A stretch of 64,000 bases of DNA from Paragordius varius (lineage: Eukaryota > Animalia > Nematomorpha). Numbering within the stretch: the stretch's first letter is position 1; the number at the start of each line of letters is the position of its first letter. The notes under the pieces were generated by a model. That model was not told where the DNA came from. It saw nothing but the letters and a program-made list of their open reading frames with translations, and did no database searches. A program made the position numbers and the translations under genes. Location of the stretch: assembly GCA_964247055.1 (NCBI GenBank), contig OZ176052.1, positions 8,618,001 through 8,682,000 of the forward strand, in the 5' to 3' direction. Positions 13,440 through 26,200 of this stretch are shown here, piece by piece.

Positions 13440-15648
13440 TTAAATATTGAATTTATTTTTTAATTCCATTACATTTTCAAATGCATTTTGAACACAATGG
13501 TTGACGGAAACACCGGAATAGGACATCCCTATCAAACTAATTAGTAGATTGTTTTGTGTTATAAGTTGTTTAATATTCTCAATGTTTTTATTGTGGCCAA
13601 CGATGTACTGTGGGATACATTGCTAAATAATTTTATAAAATATATATATATCGGATATAAAAACTTTGGAATAATATGAAGTTATCTTATCAAATGAATT
13701 AAATTACAACCTCTTGAAAAAAAAATAAAAATTTTATAGTCTTAATTGGTAAAAAGGTATGGTCTAATTATTAAAAAAGTAAATTACAAATTAGTAAACG
13801 ATTGGTTAAAGTTGTAAACTTATCTATGTAAAATATTAATACTTTTTATTTACAAAGTATATGTAATTTATTAATATAATATGGTTTATATTAAAGATAT
13901 TTTATGGTATATAAACCCGTAAAATGTTGACATGACTGTAAATCGGTGATGTAGTTTTTAAACCGACTTGCGTTTGCACAGCATTAATAGCCAAATCTTC
14001 GAATCGACTTTTAGGATGCTTATCTATACTACCAAAATAATGTTCGGTCCATGCCCCGCCTATTAAACACTATATAAATAATTTGTTAATTAAGTGTTTG
14101 AACATAAGTCATGTGTTAAATGATGCTTCATAAAACTAATGTAGTATAATTTAAAATATATAAATATATTGACTATAAAAAATTTTATTGATGTAACTCT
14201 TATGAAATTATGTGTTATACATGTAAATCGCTTAAATTGTAACAAATTAATACAAAAGATTATGTTTCCTGGAGTAGAGGTCCCTGTGCAAAACTTGCTA
14301 ATATTCTTAAAATAATTTTGGATGCCAAATCTTACCAAAATATAAAGTATTTTTGAAATTTGAATATAATATCAAACAAATACAGAAAAGTTAATATATT
14401 CGGGCCAAGATGCTTGAGGAGATGATCTTAACTGTGAAACATTTTCGCATCGTAAACACCAATCATATATGACACCCAAAACGGGTGTATTTTCAACCGA
14501 AGGTATTAGATGTCCAAAACCCAAGGGTATGGTATTTAAAACTTCTTTGGGAATATCACGAGTTTTATATACCAAATGCACCATGGCAATATCAACATAT
14601 GGGATTTTATTTATGTGATTGAGCAATGATTGCATATGTGGGTAGGTTGAAGTAATTGGAATATTGTTATCAGTAAGAAGGCTCTTGCTAAGCACCTGTG
14701 AAAAATCTAAGTATGCAAATAACGTAAAAAGCTATTAGATAAGTGACAAAATAATCTGTATCAAAAATCATTTTTATAAAACGAAATCAATATGATAATT
14801 CTATATAAAAATACAAAAATCGTTATGTTCACATAATAATACCATTTGACGGAAGAGCTGATATCACATGATCAACTTGTAACTTTTGTTGACTGTTGTC
14901 TTGAGATTTGCAGGCAAACAAATTAATATAATTTTCGTGTTGATTATATTCAATACGATCAACATAAGTCTCATTTTTCATTGCTATTCGATTGATAGAA
15001 GACTCCAACTTTAACATCAACTTTTCTATGAGCGTTTCCAAACCCCGAGGGAAAAAGTATAGGGCTAATTTATCTTTCACCATTTTTTCATACAAGGGAT
15101 GTGATTGAGACTTTGATAATGCTGTTTGTTCCTTGTTTGGCCTTTTGACCATGTTTAGTAGGGATCCTTTTACGATTGATTTATGCTGAGTTTTAAGGCG
15201 TAACAAATCTGGAAAACATGATTTTGCACTAAGTTGTGTTATGTTTCCGGCATATATGCCCTTGCACAAGGGATCAACCATTAAAGATGAGATCTATGAA
15301 AAACATTGATACAACCATAATACTGAATGATAAATGCTTATTATAGCAGATATGAAGTCAAACTTTAATTATAACTTTATATATATTTGTATAATCGCAA
15401 ATAACTCTGTTTATCCTTCCGTATTATAAAAAATAAACAGTTTAAAGGCTCTTTTTTCCTTCTTAATTAAAGGGTAAGGACTGTATCTGGACTTATAAAG
15501 GCTTTCACTATCGCCCGCCCAGGGCTGACAGTGATGATGGATAAATTGCGTAGTTTCCGGGTTCGAACCCAGACATGCAGTAGAGTCCGGCGCCCTACCT
15601 ACTAAACCATCATGCCTTAATCCTTTCATATTATACATTTCCTAAAAA

Positions 15649-15683
<35 letters not shown>

Positions 15684-16613
15684 AGGTAAGATTATAAAAC
15701 AAATGGTACCATATGGGAAATGGAAAAAAATATATTATTCAAAAAGAAAATTTAAAAACAATGATGTAAGCCAAAAATTGACCGGTATCCATAAAAAATC
15801 TTAAATTTGTTTCCACTATAATGTCAGACGTGTATAACGAGGACCAAAACTAATATGATATTTAAATAAGGCAAGAGTGGTAACACTTGATTTTATATCA
15901 AATGTTTGGTATTAATTCAAATCAAACAATATAGTGGATAATTGATAAACGAGCCAATGATGTAAATTTTTTTATATATTTGGTTTATATTTGTCCAAGA
16001 TTGTATAAGATATAGGAGATAAATAAATAAAATTAATAAATGGCATTGATTAAATCAGAAAAGGTTAATAAAAATACACTTTACAAAAAATAACATACTT
16101 CTCTTCCAAACGAGTTAGATATTAAATTTTCTACAGATGTATCATAGTCATCATCTGCTTGGAGATTTTCAGGTTTTAAAAATTCTTTGGCAGCATAATA
16201 AAAAAGAGAATGTTTAAGTAATGAGTTCTTTTTCAAAATGTTCGAGCTTATGGGGAGTGTATGCAACTTTTTATCGTGAAAAATATATCTATTGGCAGAT
16301 CTAACATCTTTACGATCAACACCGATGTATTCGTTAGATAAATTAAGATCATTTAACTAAAATTAATAAAAGATATAAACTAAAGTTAAAATAGCTGTCA
16401 TATTTTTGACGGGTCGCATAGTACGGGGCCCATTTTCAAATGTGCAATTATATTCATCATTTGACGATTTAATCCAACCGCCATACCTCAAAGATTTTTC
16501 ACATAATATAATCTACTAATAGAATTATTAGATACTTGCGCATTTGTGTGCTTTAAAAGAAAATAGGCACTACTTAAGCCTGACACGCCTCCTCCTAAAA
16601 CCGCTATCTTCAT
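13440..16613 (-). CDS. PPOX: Protoporphyrinogen oxidase
   Basis: MKIAVLGGGVSGLSSAYFL (FAD-binding), YGGWIKS..FENGPRTMRP, MVDPLCKGIYAGN, GFGHLIPS..VLGVIYD, CLIGGAW, QCIPQYIVGH, YSGVSVNHC. Introns 16513-16535 (23), 16357-16380 (24), 15294-16098, 14707-14842, 14070-14383, 13623-13916. Confidence 0.95.
15465..15616 (-). mobile_element. tRNA-derived SINE in PPOX intron 3
   Basis: Minus strand GGCATGATGGTTTAGTAGGTAGGGCG (A-box-like) ... GGGTTCGAACCCGG (B-box), followed by a non-tRNA body; no complete cloverleaf. Confidence 0.65.
15651..15680. repeat. (TA)n microsatellite
   Basis: 15 perfect TA units in PPOX intron 3. Confidence 0.95.
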
Positions 16614-16650
16614 TAAACGGTGTGACTTTTCATATGGTTTGAACTTTAAA

Positions 16651-19600
16651 ATGTTCAATCGCCCTCCACCACAGTCTGGTAAGCGAAATTTGGGAATTGG
16701 CCCAGAGGACAAAAGCGATGTTAATTCAGTTAAAAACTTATCGGATAACGGTTTTCGGTTCCAAAACACAGATATGTCACAAGAATCTCACCATTTAAAA
16801 TATATGGTACATAGAAGACTCAAGTTTTTTTTCATGGATCCCCTTCAAAAATGGCAAATACGAAAACAATTCCCATGGAAGCTAATGTTACAACTTATCA
16901 AAATAATATTTGTGACAATGCATGTAAGTAATCTATTATATTTTATTATAGCTTGCTTTATTTGCAACAAACCGATACAAACATGTAATATATTTTGAAC
17001 ACACTCAAATATCTTTTAAACATTTATTTTTACTTGATTGGGATTCCACTCGTGAAGTAATATCATATCCTCCTTCAAATGGTGTATATGCATTATATAC
17101 TGTTGACAGCTTTTATGAGCATCTCAATTATGCCATCGATAAAGTTTTATTGTTTTAAACAATTTATATAGTATTTTAACCTAGAAAAAATGGCAATAGG
17201 ATCTTATGATTTTCCATTCTTTAATAAAAGCGCTGTTCATGTGACACTATGTCAATACTCCTATAAAACTGGTCAAATTTGGGCTTATAATCATTCCTAC
17301 GTCTTTGACTCACAAACGACATTTAGTAGGCTTTAATTATTAATATCATATATATTTTAACCCCAATATACGCTATTCAATAGTTATTCCAAATCGTTTA
17401 AATGCGCTTTTAAACGATGTTTTTATTATTTTTCCATAAAATTTATTCGGATCGTTTTACAAGCTTCGACTAGGCGCTGTTAAATTAAATTTTTGGGTTG
17501 TAAAAATTTTATTATCGACCGATCTTATATATAACCAAATTATTTATTTTTTTAAATTTTTCGTAAATTATTAAAATATTCTAATTTATCTGATTGAATG
17601 ATCATATCCAATGAATTTGTTATGAAAATAAATCATCATAATTTCTTTTATTTGGATTTGACATCAGTTGTTAGTTTCAGTAATAATAATTTGACATTTA
17701 TTAATAATTTATACAAAACAACAAAAATCCAAATAATAGGCTAAGTTTATTAAATTAATTGCCGAACCTTAATAGCTTACAAATACGGTTATGTAGACTT
17801 CAATATTAATAAAATTTTAAATAAAGTTTATTTTATTGGGAGGTAAATTAGTAATTTACCGGAGAAATTACATAAATTCTAACATATATCCATGAGCCAA
17901 AAATAATATATTATCACTATTTTTTATAAAAATATTTGATATTTTTAACTCTTCACTCTCATAGATTGCACGCCTATGTATAAATGGAATATGACAATTT
18001 TTAACCAGACAAATTTACCTATCAATTTCGATAGGTATATTTTACATTTTCATTTATTTTAAAAATGAATAATATATATATTTATTTAGAAGTATATATA
18101 TATAACATGGTTCCCAAACTTTAAAAACTATTATTATATAATATTTATCATTTATCTTTCAATCTTTTGATTGGCATTATATTTTTTATGATATTAAGTA
18201 AATAAAAATTAGCCTAAGTTTTAATTAAAACTTTAAATTCTTACTTTGTTATTATTCTAATATTAAAGATTTCTCATTACGATCTTTTAAAACATGGAGT
18301 TATGTTTTTCATTTATTTAACACACGAACAATTATAACACTTTACAATTGTATAGTTTAATACGTTTCACGCTTAAATTTGTGTTGAATACGGTTCACTT
18401 GAAACTATTACAACCATCCATATCTCCGGATTGTTATTCATTCATCATACAAGTATATGATTTTTTTGCTATTACATGATATAAATAATGCACATTATTA
18501 TACAAACATACATACTTTTTACTTGGAAATCAAAATATAAGTTTAAAACAGAATTTTAATAATTGAGATTTTTCGAGTGATAATATTATTTTACCAATAA
18601 TGTAGTTTAATCTTTGATTTTATTTCTAGCTAAACTATGATAACAGTGAACACAGTGGTAATTTAGTTGTTAATATTAATACCGAAAACATTCAACATCC
18701 CTGTCACGGCGAAGTATCTTATCACGGTAATAACCTACCGAAACATTTATATATTTCTAATTTTAAAAATAATCTGTGTATCCATATCACATATTTATTT
18801 ATAAGGATTAAATTATTTTATTATTAAAATGATAAAAAAATATCTTTTAATCTTAAAATTTCCTTCATTTAATATTCATCCTTGAAAATATCAATAACTA
18901 TTGCGATCCCTAATAATTTTATGTTTTGGGATCGGCCTAGTTTACTATTTCTTAATTTTTAACACTCTCATTTTCAGAAATAACAATATATATTACTGAT
19001 ATATCGATTAAGCTCTATCAAAATAAAAATTTAAATTTAAAAACACCTATCATATCTATATACTTTATATTATTTAAAATTAATTAAGTCGGTAATATTG
19101 AAATATTAATAAAGTATTTAACCTTGAAACTTGAAATTTAATTTTAGGATGATGTGAAATGTTGAAATTAAAATGTTTTAGGTTAAATTTGAGGTGTAAA
19201 TGGTATATGTGTTTTACTTAGAAAAACATTGGCTCTCAAAACCCCAATTACTCGTTATGAATTTACTAATATTGTCCATGTGCAGTCTTTCCCTTTACCT
19301 ATGTTGCCGAGCCTTAATTAGAGGCTATCGGTTAAGAAAGGTCAGAAATTAGATTTATTTTGCCATATTATCATTTTTTAACGGTTTAAATATATGTAAT
19401 TTAATAAATTTTTTTAATTTAAACAAATTATTAATGTTTTATTAGTTTATATGCAATATAATAAATTTAAAGATTTTAATCAATATTATATGCGAATGAA
19501 TTAGGATTGTACGAAGTTTTTCAAGGCACATTATGATTACACGCTTTCCCGTTCGGAACAATTGGAGTTTTTTAATCTTTGGTACGTCACTATCCTTATA

Positions 19601-22041
19601 AATGATATTCTCTTGATTTTGGGAACCATATTAAAGTTGGAATTGGAAAGAAAGGTTGCTATTATTTTGTATATAAAAGCATTTTTTGTAAAATCCTTTT
19701 TATTGCAATTGGCATTACACATATATAAATTTTAAAAATTTAAAATAAATTACTCATTATTTGGAGTAAAACTTTATTGTTTTTTAGCAAATAAAATATA
19801 TTATATAGGTTATTTTAAAATTTTAATAACAAGGAGCCATTTTTACATTATAAAACGATCGTAATCATTAAACCTGTACCCTGAAGATTTTATGTATTAA
19901 ATAAATATAATTAATTACTTTACTAATTTATTTTGTGTAGCTAACGACAAATCAAAGTGTATTTCTATATGACACATGCGGTATTTTACTTGGGTGCGGA
20001 TGTCTTTTAGTTTGGATTGGAATCCTGCGATACCTCAAATTTTTTGATCAATATAATGTAATCAATTATTTTGATATTAAGCTTAATGAAAAATATATCC
20101 TTATAATTGTTTCATTTTTAGGTCCTTTTATTGACAATCAAAAAAGCTTTACCGAACGTTTTTCGATATTTGGTGTGCAGTACATTTTTATATATGGGAT
20201 TTTTGGTGTGTGGATGGGTTGTTTTCTCACCATATCATACAAAAGTATTTATATATCATTTGCGCTTCAAGAGTGTCCTTAAACACTTCAAATTGGTCCT
20301 TCGACTTTTTTAATTTGTTTTTAACTTTTATCAATCAAACCGTGTATCATTAAATATATTTTCTAATTTTTAACCAATTCTCTTGATTTAACCAAATTAT
20401 CGAATCGCTTTTGATCATTCAGAAACTGTATATTTATATTAAGTTTTTAAAATATACCATATTTTTAAAAGATTTCAACTGAAAATATAAGTTTTCTGGG
20501 TTATTAATTACAATTTCTCGTTGTAAACATTATTTATTAAATAATATTCTTGAATTAAAAAAAATTAGTGAGAAAGAAAAAAATGGTTTTTTTATCAAAA
20601 ATATTAATTTGAAATTAATAAATTTATAATAAATCAAGAATGGGTTAAAAATTAATAAAATAAATAAATTGCAAAGTTTATGGTTAAATCCAAATTTAAA
20701 AAAATTTAAGGACCAACTTGAAGTGTTCAAGGACACTCTTGAAGTCAAATGTTATATATTCTAATTTTCCCATAATGGTTATTAAAATTTTAATTTTTAC
20801 CATTTTTATAAAACATACAAGGGATTATTAAAACCTTTTTCTTCTTTGCTAGTTTTTTTAAATGCCAGATATTATTTATAGTAGAGGGCATTTCTACCTA
20901 CTAAAAGCAAACATTAGCGAAAAAACAATTTTTTTCTATGCACAAACTTTGAACCAAATATGCTCTTTACATGATATCTGACAATATTAAATTAAAAACT
21001 AGCAATGTTTTTTTACTTATATTGTATTTATTACACCAACTATATTGAATTAAATAGTATATAAATATTTTTCTTTATTATTTATTAGTTTCGAAGTATT
21101 AGTATTGCATCGGAATGCTTGTTTTCCCTTATAAATGGGGATGATATGTTTGCCACATTTTCAATCACAAACACTAAAAGTCCTCTAGTTTGGTGGTTTT
21201 CTCGCTTTTATCTCTACATTTTTAACGCCCTTTTCATTTATGTCGTAATCAATCTATTCATTTCCGTTATACTTGACACCTATGAATCCATTAAGGTAGT
21301 AGTACAATTTTTAATATAATTTTTGGTTATAAAATGTCATTTGGGTTATGATTTTTCAAAAAAACTTGATTAGAATAAAATTCATCTATGGGCCTTATAT
21401 CTAATCAAAATTTTACATCAAAAGGATTAATAGAGTTAAAAAAATAAATTTATGGAGTTAATTTTATAACTATTGGACATTTTACAAAATAACTTTTTTC
21501 TAGGCATATTGGGGAAAAGGCTATGTCCCACACGGATTTTTGGCCGATTTTATTGCTCAAAACGATGAATTGAATTACCTTACGAATTCTAACACGTCTT
21601 CCACTGTAAATCCAGATGATCCTTTGTGGAAAAGATGCATTGCTTGTTGTTTTCATAAGTATTTATTCCGCGTTAAAATTTTTGATTTAATCTTTACTTT
21701 CGTATGTATTGAAATATCAAAATTTTTAAAGTCGCAAATTAAAATTTATGAATCAACCATATATATTAAATTTTTTTAGTTATTAAATATTAAGTAAGGG
21801 GATAACTTGATTCAAACTAGATACCTACCGTACTCATATTGGCTATATAAAATAAGTAAAAAGTATGGTTAATCCTAATTTTTTAATTGGGTTCTCTCTA
21901 AAAAACTTTGAATTTTTTTACATTTTTCCCCTATTATCTGTGCATTTTAACATTTACCAAATTATATATGTTTAAATAATTAGACGTTTTCATACCGAAG
22001 ATGACAGTTTGAGACATATATTAGATGATGTGGAAACCTAA
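16651..22041 (+). CDS. MCOLN: Mucolipin (TRPML) cation channel
   Basis: [79 protein letters not shown]|[24 protein letters not shown] (pore GDD), [17 protein letters not shown]. The first two introns are 28 nt (16924-16951, 17144-17171); the rest are 64 nt or longer. The last exon (21984-22041) is inferred from splice phase. Confidence 0.93.
20251..20758. mobile_element. MITE in MCOLN intron
   Basis: About 45-bp TIRs: tatatcatttgcgcttcaagagtgtccttaaacacttcaaattggtcctt / aaggaccaacttgaagtgttcaaggacactcttgaagtcaaatgttatata. Confidence 0.75.
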
Positions 22042-22648
22042 TACTCATTTTTGGATACAAGCTCAATATATTAATTGAAATTTTTAACTAGGGATACACC
22101 AAAGTATATAAAATGAAAACAAACGTTATTATCTTATCAAATATGTATATCACAAATTTTTATGGATATAATTTATTTATCTAAAAAAATTGAAGTATCA
22201 ATTGTCATTTTTACCTATCATTATATAATTATACATCATTGTTGAATGAATCGCATATCAAGATTTGTAGTGATGAAAAACGATACAAATAAAAATTATA
22301 TATCAAAATAAATATTTAGTGTGACAATATAATATATAATTACATAAACTTAAAATAAAATTTACATTAGAATATGTTGATAATTTACATTTATGATTAC
22401 AAATTTACAATTTAATAAGGATAATATAATTTTAGTCGTCAGGGGTAATCATATACTTAAGACAATTATCATTATTTAGTAAAGGTTTTTGGGTTTTTAT
22501 GGGTCTGTCTCCAAATGGAAGAAATTAAGGAGGAGTTTACATAAAAAACAATGGATTCTCTCAATCGTTCACTTAATACATTCGTAAATTTAAATTACAA
22601 GAAAAAATAAATAGTATGTACAACATCTAATAAAGATAAATATTATAA

Positions 22649-22652
<4 letters not shown>

Positions 22653-22680
<28 letters not shown>
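22653..22680. repeat. (TA)n microsatellite
   Basis: 14 TA units. Confidence 0.95.
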
Positions 22681-22683
<3 letters not shown>

Positions 22684-23258
22684 AATAGTCATTTGGTATA
22701 AAAATAGGTAAAATTAATTGGATACTTTGATAACTATTGTGACGTGTGGTTGTGTGAGTGTTTCCTTAAAAACTTAATGTTAAAAAAGGGTTGTAATTAA
22801 TAATTAAAATGTCTCAGAATGCGAGTGCGTTTAAATTTTAGGGAAAAAACTATCATAAGGATATGCGATTCATGATTTGGGATTTGTAAAATACATAACT
22901 ATATTTACCACCAAAATGTTGTATTACCCTGAAAAAGTAAGTTTGTGGTTATTTCCGTTATCTTAAAGCGTCAATATTATATTTTATTTTTTGAATGAAG
23001 CACAAAATCATAATGATAATTAAATCGCCCAACCAATCTCATTCATAAGGTTAAAACATACAAATGGTTATGAGATCAATGTGTCGTCAAAAATTGTAGT
23101 TTTAAAATAAATATTGTCCAGCCAAATTCTTCCATATCCAGTAATAGCTAGTATGTTATGATAATTAAAACTTTGGTGTCTTGTATCCATGTTTGAAAAT
23201 AGTTTAGAAACATCGTATAAGGATAATTATTTTTACAATAGAAAATTATATCATGTGA

Positions 23259-26200
23259 TTAGGACATAAAAAAATCTGCCGTGTTTTGTATGTGTTCATT
23301 TTGGGACATTGGACCCTTTTCGAATAATTTGGCTTCTTCCTGCATGCTTTCTTTGATTTTAAGTATGGCCGCGGATTCACTTTGGTCCTACATTATTTAT
23401 AAATAAAATTCGTTATTTTGATATCAATAGTAACTACCATAAACAATATAATTAATAGCCTTTACGTAATAAGTTGTGTTTTAGGCATTCAACCAATAGA
23501 TTTTATACAGTCAAAAAAAATTTACGCAGTTTTTTTTTAAAAATTGGCCCTTTTTACATATGTTTATATTTGATTTTATTAGTTATGAAAATTATAAGAA
23601 CCGGTTCAAAAAAAGTGGAACTGGAACCGCGTTGGTTCTTAAGAATTTAATAAAACCGGGGTGGTTCCTGAACAAATAGAACCGTAACCGCGTTGGTTTT
23701 TTTAAAATGCAATTCCGAAACCGGTTCTCTACATTTACGGTTTCATATATTATAAGATTATTACTTTCCTTTTATTAAAGAGGGAATAACAATATAAAAA
23801 AAATTCCGTTGTTTACGCAGCTTGTATTTAGATTCAAGGTTTAAAAATGAACTGGCTTTTGAAGAAAAAAAAACATCGCTCGCCATCATTTATTTATATT
23901 ACACAAAAGAGAAACTAAAGGAAACACTATCATTGTGGAAAATGATGAAAGAACGGATGAATTCGAAAATTATCTCCGTCAGAAAAATTTCACAAATAAT
24001 ATTTTCGATTTTATTAAAAATGCAAATTTACGAATTTAATAAACAGCCGTTTATTACCCCATCAGCCAATATAGTGTGGAAACAACTCACCCTGATATAT
24101 AAGTTGGCCAATATTGTAATGGCCGTACCTGCTAGTCAAATTTATTATAATAAATATGTTCGTATATATAGGTCCTTGTAGGAGTTTTTCCATCCTTAAT
24201 TTTATATTTTCAGACCTGAGAAGCAGTTTGACCAGCGAATTGCTTGGTACAATATTTTTTTAAAGTTAATAAAGATTTTTTAGATGCCACACTTAATTTA
24301 ACACTCATTTTATACCTTTAAACTTATAAATTCTTGTACTATACATTCGGCAATTTATGTAAATTGTTTATTTACAATTGTTAAAATTTTGATTATATCA
24401 TTATTATGATAGATATTTTGCAAGAAAATTATTTAATTAAAAGTCGGGAATCTAAAATGGAACCCGTTCTAAAGGTTAAGACCGGTTCTGGAACCGCTAA
24501 GGTTCTACTTAGGGAACCGCCCGGTTTTATTTTAAATTCGTAAAAACCAACGCGGTTCCGGTTCCACTTTTTTTAACGGGTTCCAAGCCCTGGTTTTTTC
24601 ACAATTTTATTTTATTTCTGAAGTATTTTTTAGTCACGATCAACAAACATAAATTGATATATTTTAGATTATATCGTTATGATATGAATAATATGAATTT
24701 TAAAACGTAAGTAAATTAACATTGAGAAAAATTCGAATAATAACAAAATTTTATGCTAGCTAATAAGAGTTGAAAATTCAAAAATATGACTTTTTCATGA
24801 AACCTTTTGTATGCGGTACCGTGTATTGCATGAAAAAGGTTTGACTGTAATCGCCTTCGATTGTAATATATACAATTTTTCATGTAGGTAATTACTAAGA
24901 AGGATAGTACGAATTGCGAATATAAATATCCGATAGTTTTCAAATAAGTGGATTTACCGCATAATAGGCCGTAAAAATATTAAGCAAAATAGCAATTAAA
25001 GAAAGGGCTTACCGACAAACCAGTGCCCATACTTTTTCCAGCATTGGCCCCATTGTTAGCGCTCTGGCCTGGTCCAACGCTCCCAACGCCACTGTGTAAA
25101 CTACTTGAACTGCCTGGATTCATGTTTAAGTTGCTATTTGCAACATTGTTATTATTATTGTTTTGGTTGTTGGGGTTTGAGTTTCCCCCATTTCCGTTGT
25201 TACTATTGTTAAGCGTATTGTTTGAATTTGTGCTTTGATTCTGGGGTGGAGGTGGGGACATCCAATCACTATTAGCATTGGCTGAATTATTCATTCCCAT
25301 GTTTGTGACTGAAGACGGTCCCCCGCTGTTATTGAGTTGAGTCCCACCGCCAGGAGGAGCTCCATTCCCACCTACATCAATGGATAAACAGTAATAATCT
25401 AAACCATATATGATCAAATACAATCAAACACTTATAAAATAACCAAAAATCTATCTTTCTTTAAACTTGATATTAATAGTTGAATTAAAACTTTTGACAG
25501 TTTTTATATATATATATATATATAATTTATTTTCATTCTCCGTTTTAGAAAGTAAACACTAATTTCCTATTTTGTTGAGTTTTTTTTTAATATCTTATAT
25601 TCAAACCTCTGAATTTCCTTATATTTAACATATTTTTATAAATTGGCTAAAAAAGTTTAATATTTTTACTGCCATTCTTTATTATGTTTTAGTAAAGACC
25701 ACATGTTATGTGCGTATTTTCGCTCAAAGGCTTTAACTAGTTATTTTTTAATTTTTTTTAAATGTAACGGTTTTTTATGCCATTATTTTTATAAGATCAC
25801 GTAATTTAATGGTAATCTATTAGTTACATATATTCTAAAATCCTAAAAGATATTCATATATTTTTAAAATAATTCGATAATCAAATAAAGAACAATGAAC
25901 CATTTGGTGTAGGCATAGAGTGATGTGTTGCCGGGGAAGTAAGTGGCCCTCCTGGTCCATCGGGACCTCCAGGAATACCTAACATGTGACTTCCTCCACC
26001 CATTAGACTACCACCACCACCAGGAGAAGATTTCATACCTATATTTGATTTTAACGATCGAAATCATAAATTTTAATGAAAAACAGCGCTTTTAAGTTAA
26101 GAAGCCCATCTCATGCATTTTTCTGATATGATTTTTATATAGGGATCTCCCCCCCCCCCCGGTTACTAACAAGATTTTTGAAAAGGGACAGCGTCTATAA

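Noticed and set aside
15540-15616. tRNA gene
   Set aside because: A and B boxes are present, but there is no acceptor stem or anticodon arm; treated as a SINE head.
16614-16769. N-terminal extension of PPOX from TTG 16769
   Set aside because: It is antisense to the MCOLN first exon and has no ATG; homology starts at MKIAVLGGG.
25023-25238. Plus-strand Leu-rich 71-aa ORF
   Set aside because: Antisense shadow of the Asn/Gly-rich SSBP exon.
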